Below the pieces are notes generated by a model. The model did no database searches, was not told where the DNA came from, and saw nothing but the letters and a program-made list of their open reading frames with translations. The position numbers were made by a program, and so were the translations under genes. From NCBI GenBank assembly GCA_965277585.1, contig OZ255828.1, forward strand, positions 1,653,865 through 1,717,864: a stretch of 64,000 nucleotides of DNA. The letters run 5' to 3'. This DNA is from Roseivirga sp. Lineage in GTDB: Bacteria > Bacteroidota > Bacteroidia > Cytophagales > Cyclobacteriaceae. Shown one piece after another: positions 1-10,500 of this stretch. The stretch's first letter is position 1; each line of letters starts with the position of its first letter.

Positions 1-408
1 CTGGGAGAGCTTTTTGAGTTCTCAGATGCCACCGGTGCTGAAATTATGGAGATTTCAAAAGCCAACTTCCGGGTAAAGCTCCACAGAGCCCGACAACAAC
101 TCTATAGCTTTATGAACCAGAAGTGTGGCTTAGTGAATAAAAACAACCCTTGCCGCTGCGCTAAAAAAACGGTAGCCTTTATTGAGAAGGGCTTTGTAGA
201 TCCGGTAAACCTGCATTTTCAAAAAGACACACTGAAACGGATTGACCAGCTACTGGATAAGAAGATTGATACCTTTCAACAGGACATTCACGAGGACTAC
301 CAGGCACTTTTTCAGGAGCACCCTTTTCTCAAAGGACCGGAAACAGCTTCTGTCAAAAGCTGGCTTGACTCAGATAAAATGAAAGATGTTTTTGATCTGG
401 ACAACTGA
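1..408 (+). CDS. RNA polymerase sigma-70 family factor, C-terminal portion (5' end lies outside the window); region-4 HTH followed by a Cys-containing C-terminal extension
   Basis: Frame 1 is open from nt 1 (LGELFEFSDATGAEIMEISKANFRVKLHRARQQLYSF is a sigma region-4 HTH). It is followed by CGLVNKNNPCRCAKK. The stop is at 406-408. Confidence 0.55.
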   Translation: MGELFEFSDATGAEIMEISKANFRVKLHRARQQLYSFMNQKCGLVNKNNPCRCAKKTVAFIEKGFVDPVNLHFQKDTLKRIDQLLDKKIDTFQQDIHEDYQALFQEHPFLKGPETASVKSWLDSDKMKDVFDLDN

Positions 409-425
409 AAACCTCTCTGATTGCC

Positions 426-2153
426 TCACTTAAGCTGAGTCAGCATTCGGGCTTTCACGACTTCCAGACGTTTCTTTGTGATGGCCAGCTTCTTACTGAA
501 TTTGTCACCTGCTTTGGGAACAATATCCACCGTGGTATCCAGTACATTGAGGTAGTAATCTGCCCAGGTGCTGATGATGTCTATTTCTTTGTCTCTGTCT
601 CCTCCACTGGCAATTGCCTCCTCGCTCAGGGCTAGCTCATCTTTCAGGCGGGTGTTGAGCGTATTGTTGAGATCATCCAGGAGGTAATCGCCCAGCTCCT
701 CCTTGTTCTCCGTCAACATCAGCGCAATCATCAATGCACCGGTTCCTACGTTTTCCAGTGTTTCTGGAGATACCTTATCTATTCTGTCACCATCGGTATG
801 GTAAAACTGATCAGTAAAATGCCAAAGCAGTACTCCCGGGATATTACCCTTCAGGAAAGGAACATGGTCGCTACCTCCCTCATAGGGATTGAATTTCACG
901 GTCCAGTTCCTCTTTTCTCCGATAGCCTGAAAAACGTTAATCGTCAGGTCATTAAAGTAATGGGGTTTCAACTGCTTTTTAGTAAGCGGGCTACCACCCC
1001 ACTCGGAGTGTTTCTCCACACCACGCACCCAGATAGCTCCGGGATCTGGCATTTTTTCGATCAGAAAAGTACCTCCGGTCAAATCGGTATTCTCTCCTAC
1101 CATATCGAGGCTCATACCCCATTTGATGTTCCTGGCACGCTCTTTATCCTCCTGAATAAACCTGCGGGTCGATACAATTTCGTCTCCGAAAAGGTAGGTA
1201 ATGGTGCGTTCGGGGTTGATCTTGCCTGCCTTCAGTAATCGTGCACTGGAAGTCGCTATTTCTCCCAAAGCCCCCACACCACTTGCGTTATCATTGGCTC
1301 CGGGTTCCTGTACGTGCGCACTGAATACAAACCGCTCTTCCGGGTTTTTACTTCCTCTCAGCTCTGCTACCAGGGTCAACTCTTCTGACTTCCACATTTT
1401 GGTTTCAAGATTCACCCTGATCTTAGTCTCTCCCCGCTCTATTGCTGCTTTCAGTTTTTGTCTTGCCTGATTAGACAGGAGTATGGCAAAAGACTTTTTT
1501 TCATCATTCCGGGGGATTCCGGTAAACTGAATGGAATTGACATTCTTATCAGCCTGCAGATAACCGGGCAATCCATAAGAGATCACACCAGCTGCTCCCC
1601 GCTTGTTTACCCCCTGGTTAAAGAGTAGTCGCGGGGAGGTCTCTCCAAACACCACTTTGCCTTTGAGGTCCTGAGTGAAATCAAGGCTTCTGCCCTCACC
1701 TACATAAACGACTTCAAACTCTTTCTCTCCACCCGTGCTATACGAGTGTATGGCCATCATATTGAAGTTGGTTTTGAAGTTGAGAATTTCTTCTCCCGAC
1801 CCCAGTTTCAGACTACCGGCCACTGGCTCCCAGGTAGGGTTTCTTAAGGGACGTTTTTCTATACGGTAAACAAGCCGGTTATCGGTACCGGCCTTGCTTT
1901 CTTCTACAAAACCAGCCGCTCTGAGCTTTTCCACCACATGATAAATACTCTTATCAAACCCCTCGTTACCTACCACACGCCAGTACTTCTCTACAAAAGC
2001 CACCGTATTAAAGGCCGACTCCTTGTCAAAGGTTTCCTCGATCATCTGAAAATAGGGGGCGATAAACTCAGGAAGCTGACGGGCATTCAGAGGAGAGCAC
2101 GCAAAAGCAGCAAGACAAAAAAGTGCGGAAGCAAAGGCTTTTCTAAGTATCAT
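426..2153 (-). CDS. M28 family zinc peptidase (aminopeptidase with PA-like insert), secreted
   Basis: The 594-aa ORF has HVQEPGANDNASGVGALGEIA, the M28 metal-binding signature. The start is likely at the internal Met 2153 (MILRKAFASALFCLAAFA signal peptide) rather than 2210. Confidence 0.75.
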   Translation of the reverse strand: MILRKAFASALFCLAAFACSPLNARQLPEFIAPYFQMIEETFDKESAFNTVAFVEKYWRVVGNEGFDKSIYHVVEKLRAAGFVEESKAGTDNRLVYRIEKRPLRNPTWEPVAGSLKLGSGEEILNFKTNFNMMAIHSYSTGGEKEFEVVYVGEGRSLDFTQDLKGKVVFGETSPRLLFNQGVNKRGAAGVISYGLPGYLQADKNVNSIQFTGIPRNDEKKSFAILLSNQARQKLKAAIERGETKIRVNLETKMWKSEELTLVAELRGSKNPEERFVFSAHVQEPGANDNASGVGALGEIATSSARLLKAGKINPERTITYLFGDEIVSTRRFIQEDKERARNIKWGMSLDMVGENTDLTGGTFLIEKMPDPGAIWVRGVEKHSEWGGSPLTKKQLKPHYFNDLTINVFQAIGEKRNWTVKFNPYEGGSDHVPFLKGNIPGVLLWHFTDQFYHTDGDRIDKVSPETLENVGTGALMIALMLTENKEELGDYLLDDLNNTLNTRLKDELALSEEAIASGGDRDKEIDIISTWADYYLNVLDTTVDIVPKAGDKFSKKLAITKKRLEVVKARMLTQLK

Positions 2154-2222
2154 GCTGTGAATATAAGAGAAGCGGTGGGAGATTTGAAGCGAGATCGACA
2201 AATGACACACTGTGGCGTCAGG

Positions 2223-3791
2223 CTACTTCTTTTTCAATACACGCCCTTTAAGAGCCTGGGTATATGCTGCTTCACTTATCGTTAATTCACCGTTGACCCA
2301 TAAATACTCTATTCCCTCGGAGTATTCGGCAGGGTTAGAAAAATCAGCCATCGGCTTGAATTCCTCCGGATCAAAGATGATCAGGTCAGCAAAATACCCT
2401 TCTTTCAACTCTCCTCTTCTGGCAATACCAAAAGTCCGGGCCACCTGGCCACTCGATTTGAAGACAAAGGATTCCAGCGAAAGAAGTGGCTTATTGACTA
2501 CATAATCCTGGTATTTCTTAGGATAGCTGGCATACTTTCTGGGATGGCCGGTGGTGCCGTCAGAGCTGGTCATAACCCAGGGCTGCGTCACAAAGTTCTC
2601 AAGGTCATAAGGGTTCATGTTGAATGATGCCACCCTGGCACCTCCCTCACGGGCTATTTTCAAGGCAGCCTCTACCGGATCGAGCTTTAATTTTTCTGCT
2701 ATTTGGGCCAGATTTAATCCAATGAGGCTCGTATCACGGAGATCGGCCGTAATCAGGAGTGATTCAGCACCTCCTCTTTTCCGCATGTTTTCTTTGATCT
2801 CACTGCGTATCTGGGGAAGCAGCTGTTTGTTGTTTAAGCGGGCATAGTATTGCTCTTCCCCACCGGCCTTCACCCAATTGTCTATCAGTGCATTTTCCAG
2901 ATGAGTACCCGATGCGCGCCAGGGATACTGATCAGCAGTGACCGTGACACCTCTGGCTTGGGCTGCTTCGATGAGAGCAATCACCTCATCACTCTTCTTC
3001 CACACATCTACTCCCAGTGCCTTGATATGTGCAAAATGCACAGGAACTCCTGCCTTTTCACCGATTTCTATGGTCTCCTTCACGGCATTGATCAAACCGA
3101 TGTTATAGCTGCTCTCATCCCTGATGTGACTATCGTAAATACCCCCAAAGGGAGCTGCTTCTTTGGTAAGCTCAATGACCTCCTCCGTTGCAGAGTAACT
3201 TCCGGGTACGTAATACAGTCCGGTGGAGAAGCCATAGGCCCCTTCGGTCATACCCTGCCTGACGAGTGCCCTCATCTGCTCCAGCTGATCGGCATCAGGT
3301 TTTATGTTCTTATCGCCCAGTACAGCCCGTCTGATCACATTATGCCCCACCAAAAATGCAGTATTGGTACCAATCCCCTGCGTTTCCAGCTGACTGGCAA
3401 GCGCAGTAATCTCATAAGGACCAGCACCATCATTACCGTTCACTACGGTTGTAACTCCCTGGGTGAGATAGTTCAGATTGGCATTACGATCCCGGCTTTT
3501 CAAGTCGCCCAGGCTGTGGGTATGTGCATCAATAAAGCCAGGGGAAACAATTTTCCCTGTAGCATCCAGTACCTTACCGGCCCGGATGTTCACGGAAGAA
3601 GCATCCCCCACAAACAGAATGCTGTCTCCGCTCAGGGCTATATCTCCTTTATAGGCTGCGCTACCTGTTCCGTCTACTATGGTGCCATCTTTAATCAAAA
3701 AATCTGCTTCCAGGACTGCGGGCTCACAGGCACTCAAAAAAGCTATGATTGACAGTAAGACCCAGGTTGTATTTCTGATATTTTTCATCAT
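2223..3791 (-). CDS. N-acyl-D-amino-acid deacylase (D-aminoacylase) family amidohydrolase, secreted/lipoprotein
   Basis: N-terminal signal plus SPGFIDAHTHS metal-binding motif of the amidohydrolase/D-aminoacylase family. The ORF is 522 aa. Confidence 0.75.
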   Translation of the reverse strand: MMKNIRNTTWVLLSIIAFLSACEPAVLEADFLIKDGTIVDGTGSAAYKGDIALSGDSILFVGDASSVNIRAGKVLDATGKIVSPGFIDAHTHSLGDLKSRDRNANLNYLTQGVTTVVNGNDGAGPYEITALASQLETQGIGTNTAFLVGHNVIRRAVLGDKNIKPDADQLEQMRALVRQGMTEGAYGFSTGLYYVPGSYSATEEVIELTKEAAPFGGIYDSHIRDESSYNIGLINAVKETIEIGEKAGVPVHFAHIKALGVDVWKKSDEVIALIEAAQARGVTVTADQYPWRASGTHLENALIDNWVKAGGEEQYYARLNNKQLLPQIRSEIKENMRKRGGAESLLITADLRDTSLIGLNLAQIAEKLKLDPVEAALKIAREGGARVASFNMNPYDLENFVTQPWVMTSSDGTTGHPRKYASYPKKYQDYVVNKPLLSLESFVFKSSGQVARTFGIARRGELKEGYFADLIIFDPEEFKPMADFSNPAEYSEGIEYLWVNGELTISEAAYTQALKGRVLKKK

Positions 3792-5041
3792 TTCCGGTTT
3801 TCAAGCAATATCCTGATCATCTCCTCGGAAGTGATTTTTCCGATCAGATCAATGGTATCACGCGGGGTTCGATCTCCAATTTCGTAAGTCATGCCCTCTG
3901 CTCCAAACTGAGAATAAAACCAGCCTTTGGTTACCGGGGTAGCCAGCCCCTTCGGCTTTTCGTTGACTTTGTACCCTGGTAATCGGGTTTCCAGGGCTTT
4001 AAACCACTGCTCTCTGAACCAGGGCGTGGTAGGCGTTTTCTGAATGGACTTGTCCTGGGTATAGAAAACATCGCGGTAAGTAGAATGGAAGTCCAGCCCC
4101 AGCAAGACCTTGCCTCCTGTTTCATGCTGCATTCTGACAATATGATTGGCGATTGCCCGCGTTTCAGGCTGACGATAGTAAGCCCAGTCCCTGTTCAGGT
4201 CCACACCGTTCGCATTATGGCGCCAGTGGCCCATATCCACCCCGTCAGGGTTGAGCAGCGGATAGATAATGACACGGTACCTGCTTAAAAAACTCTCCAG
4301 TTGTGAACTTTCCATCATCCGCTCTACAAATGCCTGCATGGCAAAGAAACCGGTTACTTCCGGAGGGTGCTGCCGGCTGAGAATGACGATGATGTCCTTT
4401 TTTCCAGACTTACCCTTGTTAACATCCAGGAAAATCAGATCTCGCCCCTGTGCGCTTTTTCCCGCAGAGGACAGACGAACATCAGGATGGTCGGCAAATG
4501 CTTCCGCCCAGTCACGCACTCTTTTGGTATCGTAAATCTCCTGGGCCGATACCCATAAGGTATCAGAAGAAAGTGGCAGCCTGATCACAGCACTGCCCCC
4601 TTCCTCTTCAACAACAACCCGATGATCATCGATCTCTCTCCAGACCTTTCCATTACTACTCAACTTCGGAGGGTAACGGTGCCTGGCTTCTTGATAATTC
4701 ATTTTGAGATAAACCTCCTGTTCACTATCAGCCCAGACCTTGAATGCATACCAGGGGCTGTTGTTGACCGGATAGTTCTCTGCAGCAACCCGAGCCTCCA
4801 GTAGCGTATCATTCACTCTTTTTATCTCGTTGAGCCGGGCTCCCGGAAAATCATTCGTGATGTAAACATCCTCCCCTAAGTCATACAACTGCTTTACCTG
4901 TTCCTCAACAGCTTTGTTTCCCGTATCCACAGGAGTAGGAAAATCGTAGGTCGAGGCCTGTGGTATCTCAGGCTGATTGCTACAGCCCCACAATAGCAGA
5001 ACTAACAGAAAGTGAACAGGGGTCTTTTTGAAGGACGGCAT
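3788..5041 (-). CDS. M14 family zinc carboxypeptidase, lipoprotein
   Basis: Lipoprotein signal (LLVLLLWGCS). Zn carboxypeptidase-like motifs include DFHSTYRDVFY and HPPEVTG. There is a 4-nt ATGA overlap with the upstream gene. Confidence 0.65.
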   Translation of the reverse strand: MPSFKKTPVHFLLVLLLWGCSNQPEIPQASTYDFPTPVDTGNKAVEEQVKQLYDLGEDVYITNDFPGARLNEIKRVNDTLLEARVAAENYPVNNSPWYAFKVWADSEQEVYLKMNYQEARHRYPPKLSSNGKVWREIDDHRVVVEEEGGSAVIRLPLSSDTLWVSAQEIYDTKRVRDWAEAFADHPDVRLSSAGKSAQGRDLIFLDVNKGKSGKKDIIVILSRQHPPEVTGFFAMQAFVERMMESSQLESFLSRYRVIIYPLLNPDGVDMGHWRHNANGVDLNRDWAYYRQPETRAIANHIVRMQHETGGKVLLGLDFHSTYRDVFYTQDKSIQKTPTTPWFREQWFKALETRLPGYKVNEKPKGLATPVTKGWFYSQFGAEGMTYEIGDRTPRDTIDLIGKITSEEMIRILLENRK

Positions 5042-5056
5042 AACAGAATTCTTTGC

Positions 5057-6052
5057 TTATTCGAAATAGCTCGTCAGGGGAATATCTCCCATGGTTCTCA
5101 GACCCGGCTTTGCTTCCAGAATTCTGGCGATACTGTTGATCGTGATCGCACAGGTAGCCACATCTCCGTTAACACCTCCGTCTATTCTCGATTTGATATT
5201 CGGAGTTCCCTGAATGATAACCTCATCATATGACTCGGGCTCTCCTACTGCTGCCTGAAAAGTCAGCGTGATTTTCTCTTCTCCATTCAACCAGCCTTTT
5301 CCTATCTGGCACACGCCCATCGCATCTCCTTTTTTGATGTCCATGCTTTCGGTATGCACATCTTCTGAAGCGACTACAGGAGCAATCACATCCTCCGTGG
5401 CATCAAGCTTCCAGCCAAGTTTAGCCGCCACAAATTGCATGGATTCTGTCAGCCCCACATGCCGGAGGGTTCCCTCTTTTTTTCTTTGTTCAAAGGCATC
5501 AAGACTCAAGCCGGCACCTATCTTTCGCTGAAAGGGGCCTCTTCTGTAGGCTGCATTCTGGTATCGGTTGATTGTTACCTTTTCTACATGCTGACAGACA
5601 GAGGTAAGAAATGCCGGCAGGGAATCCATCAGGAACCCGGGATTGACACCAGTACCTACCACAGCTGTGTTCATCTCAATCGCCAGCTTATCAATACGGG
5701 CTGACAACTCAGGGGCGCAGTCCCAGGGATAGCTCAGCTCTTCGCAGGTGGAGACTACCGGAATACCCGCCTTCACGATCTCCTCTATCTGGGGGGTAAT
5801 CCGCTCCATATCCGACACAGTGGTCAATACGGCCACGTCCGGCCTCACTTCACCCAAAACTTCCATCAGGTTTTCGCTGATACTCACCGCATCGCTCAAA
5901 TCCTCGTGGAGGTCCGCCAGTTGCTTACCGATCAGTTCGGGATTCTTGTCTACCGCCCCTACGGTTTCAAGGCTGTTTCTTTGAGAGATGAATTGCCCGA
6001 TTTTTATCCCGAGGGGGCCCATTCCTATCTGTACTACTTTGATTTTGTTCAT
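5057..6052 (-). CDS. NAD(P)-binding oxidoreductase of the dihydrodipicolinate reductase / meso-diaminopimelate D-dehydrogenase-like family
   Basis: IKVVQIGMGPLGIKIG Rossmann motif at the N-terminus; GVNPGFLMDS and GAGLSLD resemble Ddh/DapB-family motifs. The start is placed at internal Met 6052; the longer ORF to 6142 adds a dubious 30 aa. Confidence 0.5.
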   Translation of the reverse strand: MNKIKVVQIGMGPLGIKIGQFISQRNSLETVGAVDKNPELIGKQLADLHEDLSDAVSISENLMEVLGEVRPDVAVLTTVSDMERITPQIEEIVKAGIPVVSTCEELSYPWDCAPELSARIDKLAIEMNTAVVGTGVNPGFLMDSLPAFLTSVCQHVEKVTINRYQNAAYRRGPFQRKIGAGLSLDAFEQRKKEGTLRHVGLTESMQFVAAKLGWKLDATEDVIAPVVASEDVHTESMDIKKGDAMGVCQIGKGWLNGEEKITLTFQAAVGEPESYDEVIIQGTPNIKSRIDGGVNGDVATCAITINSIARILEAKPGLRTMGDIPLTSYFE

Positions 6053-6142
6053 ACTGTCCTTTGTTATGCTCCGGCTCATCCGGATCAGAATATTCGAAAA
6101 GTAGAGGAGCGTAACGGATAGGACTATGCCGATCCTGCTCAT

Positions 6143-7069
6143 TTACGAAGCACGAAGGGCTGTAGGGCTTGTTTGATAATTGCGCCTGAACAGGCGTGTA
6201 AATGAACTGTGACTCTCGAAGCCTACATCAGAGGCGATGCTTGAAACAGGTAAATCGGTGGTTTTTAGCAGGTAGGAAGCGTACTTTAATCTTTCTCTGG
6301 TAAGAAACTCCAAAGGTGTGAGTTGATAAAACTCCTTAAAGGTTCTGAAGAAATGATAAGGAGAAAGGGCAGCCACCTCGCTCACCTCATCAATGCTCAG
6401 TTTAGAGGCCAGGTTGGCACTCATAAAATCTCTGGCCAGGCTGATACGCTTATAGAGTTCTACCTTGGTTGATTTCTTGATCGACTTGATCTTATCTACC
6501 TCAGCCAGTGTAGAAAAATGATTTCTGACAATTTTCTCCAGGAGATCGTAGGTGAGCTCCTGATAGGCCATGGCACCATCTGCTTTGTTTAAAATGGCTT
6601 TCTTCATTTGCGCCAGGGCCGCGTTGATTCCCGGATCATTGTCATAGGCCGTTTCGAAGATGCTCAGTTCATCACTGTAATCTTTGAGAATGTTATCGAT
6701 AAGCAGATCTCCTGATTTTATGGTATTATCCAGTACATCATTGATCTCATTGTCTCCGAAAGCCACAATAATGGCTTCAGTATTCTCCTGGGAATCGATC
6801 TCACTGTAGTAGGTCTGGCCCTTGTTTACGATCAGGTAGTTGTCTTGCTTAAGCACGCAGTCTGCATTCCCCACTTTGTGGTATTGATAACCATTCAGAA
6901 CTGCCCGAAGTGTAAAACGTGAGGTATGCTTGCCTGAATTGAGCTTATTAGACCGGATGAAGAACGCATTACCGGAATCCCGCTCTCCCACCTGATTGGT
7001 CTGCGAGCAATAGTTATTGTGCTCAAAAGCCGTCAGCAGATTATTACAATATGGGCACTTGTTTTCCAA
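6143..7069 (-). CDS. AraC family transcriptional regulator
   Basis: C-terminal AraC HTH (SPYHFFRTFKEFYQLTPLEFLTRERLKYASYLL ... GFESHSSFTRLFRRNYQTSP). It is divergent from the susC-like gene. Confidence 0.85.
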   Translation of the reverse strand: MENKCPYCNNLLTAFEHNNYCSQTNQVGERDSGNAFFIRSNKLNSGKHTSRFTLRAVLNGYQYHKVGNADCVLKQDNYLIVNKGQTYYSEIDSQENTEAIIVAFGDNEINDVLDNTIKSGDLLIDNILKDYSDELSIFETAYDNDPGINAALAQMKKAILNKADGAMAYQELTYDLLEKIVRNHFSTLAEVDKIKSIKKSTKVELYKRISLARDFMSANLASKLSIDEVSEVAALSPYHFFRTFKEFYQLTPLEFLTRERLKYASYLLKTTDLPVSSIASDVGFESHSSFTRLFRRNYQTSPTALRAS

Positions 7070-7334
7070 AAGTTGATGGTTATCAGAATCAAGCCGCTCA
7101 GGTTATTTCTGTATGACAAGGAAACCCGACATCAATGAAAGCTCCAACTCAGAGTACTTCCCGATGCTTCACCTCCTCAGTATGAGGCTCTGTCTCCGGG
7201 CAAAAAACCACAGGTTTTCTTCCAAAGACAAACTCACTACACAAAATCGCTCATTGGCTCACTTCTCAGGTAAAACTACAAAAACAAATATTAAAATTTG
7301 ATAAACACTAAAATTAAAGAATATAATTTCAGCA

Positions 7335-7362
7335 ATATTCAGAATATCAGACTTATATTCTG
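7335..7362. promoter_or_regulatory. Overlapping palindromes in the AraC/susC divergent intergenic region (candidate operator)
   Basis: Two palindromes seen: ATATTC-A-GAATAT (7335-7347) and CAGAATAT-cagactt-ATATTCTG (7340-7362), about 220 nt upstream of the susC start in AT-rich DNA. Confidence 0.3.
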
Positions 7363-7576
7363 AAAATAACAAAAGGCTACTTTTTAGGCGGAAGCGATAT
7401 TTACAATCCCAAACTTGTAAATAAGCCGGTCAAAAAAACTCTTATCAGAACAACTGCTAGACAAGTCTGCAACCGAGCGAAATAGCAGAATCTGCACAGC
7501 CTTACTATATGATTTGCTCAATCTTTAAAGATTAAGCAATGGATTTTTTCGCTAAAACCATAATGGAAATTTAAGT

Positions 7577-10500
7577 ATGATGAAAAATTTACGGATTAAA
7601 ATTCTCATGCTCTTACTACTTTCCGGTTCCGGTTTGTTTGCTCAACAAACCGTTACGGGAGTCATAAGAGATGCTAATGGAGAGACCATGGTCGGAGTCT
7701 CCGTTAGAGAAAAAAACACGACAAACGGGGCCATTTCCCAGGGTGATGGCTCTTACTCAGTCACTGTTGCCAACAGTTCTGCTGTACTGGTATTCACTTT
7801 TATCGGCTATCAGGCCGTAGAACGAACAGTAGGTAATCAAACAGTGATCAATATTACCATGCAGGAAGATGCCACCCTGCTGGAAGAAGTAGTAGTAACC
7901 GCACTGGGTCTGACCCAAAGAAAAGACGAACTCGGGTCTACCGCCTCTACTGTTAAGGCAGCAGACGTTACCCGTTCCGGGGAAGCCACACTACTCAATT
8001 CGTTAGGTGCCAAAGCTTCTAATGTTCAGATCAACCGGTCCAATGGTGATCCGGGAGCAGGGTCGACCATTAAGATCCGGGGCGCCAACAGTATTACCGG
8101 TACCTCCAGTCCATTGATTATTGTAGATGGTATTCCCATCTCTAACAATACGCAGTATGGTGGTGGTAACAACGCCACAGGTGGTAGAACCGGAGGTGTT
8201 TCTCAGCAATCCAGGATTAACGACATCAATCCGAATGACATAGAGTCTGTACAGATTCTGAAAGGGGCCTCGGCAGCAGCACTCTGGGGGTCCAGAGCCG
8301 CCAATGGGGTAATCGTGATCACTACCAAAAACGGTCAGGCCGGTAAGCCTAAGATCAGTTATAAGTTTACCACTTCCTTTGACGAAGTAAACCAGCGATA
8401 TGAACTGCAGAATGTTTGGGGGCAGGGAAGATCAGGTGCTTACAACCCTACCAGAGCAGAAGCCTGGGGTGATTACATTCCCGATAGAAATGGCGGAGCC
8501 GATGAGGTAGACCCCAATGGTGGCGTTTTCATAGCACAGGATGGCACAGAATACCGACCTATCCTTACCAAAAACTCAAGAGGCACCTTTGTAGACGAAA
8601 ACTGGGATGCTGTTTTTCAAACGGGTGGTTTCCAGCAACATGATCTTACTATCAGTAGTGGTAATGAAAAATCGTCCTATTTCTTTAGTCTGAGCCGACT
8701 GGATCAGGAAGGTATCATCAAGGAGAGTAACTATGACAGAACGAATGTGAGGTTGAACAACCGTACCTTCTTCAACGACTGGTTGTCTATGGAGTCAAAG
8801 GGTAGTTTTACCCGTACTTTCTCCAACAGAATCCAGCAAAGCTCTAACACAGCTGGTCTGCTTTTGGGTCTTTTGAGAACACCACCAGATTTCGATTCAA
8901 GAGATTACCTGGGTACCTATGTAAGTGCCAGTGGTGAGTCTTTCCCGCTCAGACACCGCTCATATCGAAGATACCTGGGCAATGCTACCAACCCGATTTA
9001 CAATAACCCCTTATGGACTGTTTATGAGCAGGATGCTACAAGTACCGTAAACCGTTACCTGTTCTCTGCTTCTATAGATATTGAGCCGGTGGACTTTCTG
9101 TCTGTAAAGCTCAGAGGGGGACTTGATGGCTATGACGATAAGCGTACCTACTTCTTCCCCATCGGTTCTGCCGGCAGTCGCGCTAACGGACAGTTTGCAG
9201 AAGATGTACTCGGCAGACAGGAAATCAACTTTGATGCTATTGTGACCGGTCGTTTTTCTCTGACAGATGATATCGGGTTGAACGCTACCGTTGGCTGGAA
9301 CCTGAACGACAGAAAACTGAGAGGTAACAGTACTGATATTGTCGGCTTCCTGGTAAATGCCAGAAAACCAACAACAGACCTGAACACAGCTGCTGAAAAC
9401 TCCACCATCAGCAATTCCAATACAAAGATCAAATCCAACAGAGGTTATGCTCAGTTGAATTTTGATTTATTCGACCAGTTGTACGTGAATGTATCGGGTG
9501 CCATTGAAGCTTCTTCTACGGTAAAAGGTAACTTTACTTACCCTGCCACGGATGTTGCCTGGCAGTTCACCAAGCTCCCCTCTTTTGGCAACTCTACCAT
9601 ACTTTCGTTTGGTAAGTTAAGAGCCTCATGGGGTCGTGTGGGGGTAGCCGCTCCTGCTCACAGATTCCAGACACTGGCAGAAGGTGGCTTCTCTTATTCT
9701 ACCTACAGTGATCCGCTGGATATCGCCCTCTTCGGTGGTGGTTTCCGATTGGATGATGACAAAGGTAACCCACTCCTCGAGCCTGAGATCAAGGAAGAAT
9801 GGGAAATCGGTGCTGATCTGAGATTCTTCGAAGACAGACTGAATCTGACCTTCACTTACTATAACAACAGTATTACCGGTATCATCATTCCTGTAGACCT
9901 CACGCCTTCTTCAGGTTTCGATACTCAGATTCTGAATGCTGCTTCTATGGAAAACAAAGGTTTTGAAATGGATTTCGGCTATGATGTGCTTTCTGACGGA
10001 AACTGGAACGTCAACTTCTATGGTAACTGGGCCACTAACGAAAACCTGGTAACGGACTTACGCGGTACAGAAACCATCGACCTTTCAGGAGGTTCTGTAA
10101 GCTCCAGGGCCATTGTAGGACAGCCATTGGGCGTCCTTTACGGAACAGGTTCTCAAACCAATGCCAATGGAGAATTTATCCTGGATGCCAATGGTTTCCC
10201 TCAGTTGACACCAAGCCCGATTGTACTCGGTGATCCTAACCCGGATTGGCGTGGTGGACTCGGTGCTGAAGTTACCTGGAAAAAATTCAGGTTGAACGTA
10301 CTCGTAGAGCATTCTGAAGGTGGCACTTTCTCTCCAAGATCGCTTTGGGTACTCAACAGATTTGGCACTACACTGGAAACAGCTAACAGGTTTGTCACCA
10401 CGGAAGCACTGACCAATTACGCTGGTGATGTGATTCCTGCCGGTACTACAGTACGTGGAAATGTAAGAGACTTCGGAGCCGGTAATGTTTTACTGGATGA

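Noticed and set aside
798-1470. Plus-strand ORFs (146 and 89 aa) inside the M28 peptidase gene
   Set aside because: They are antisense to a well-supported 594-aa peptidase and their translations show no domain features.
2850-3752. 300-aa plus-strand ORF antisense to the D-aminoacylase gene
   Set aside because: It is Cys/His-rich by chance with no motif. The minus-strand gene has the amidohydrolase metal-site motif.
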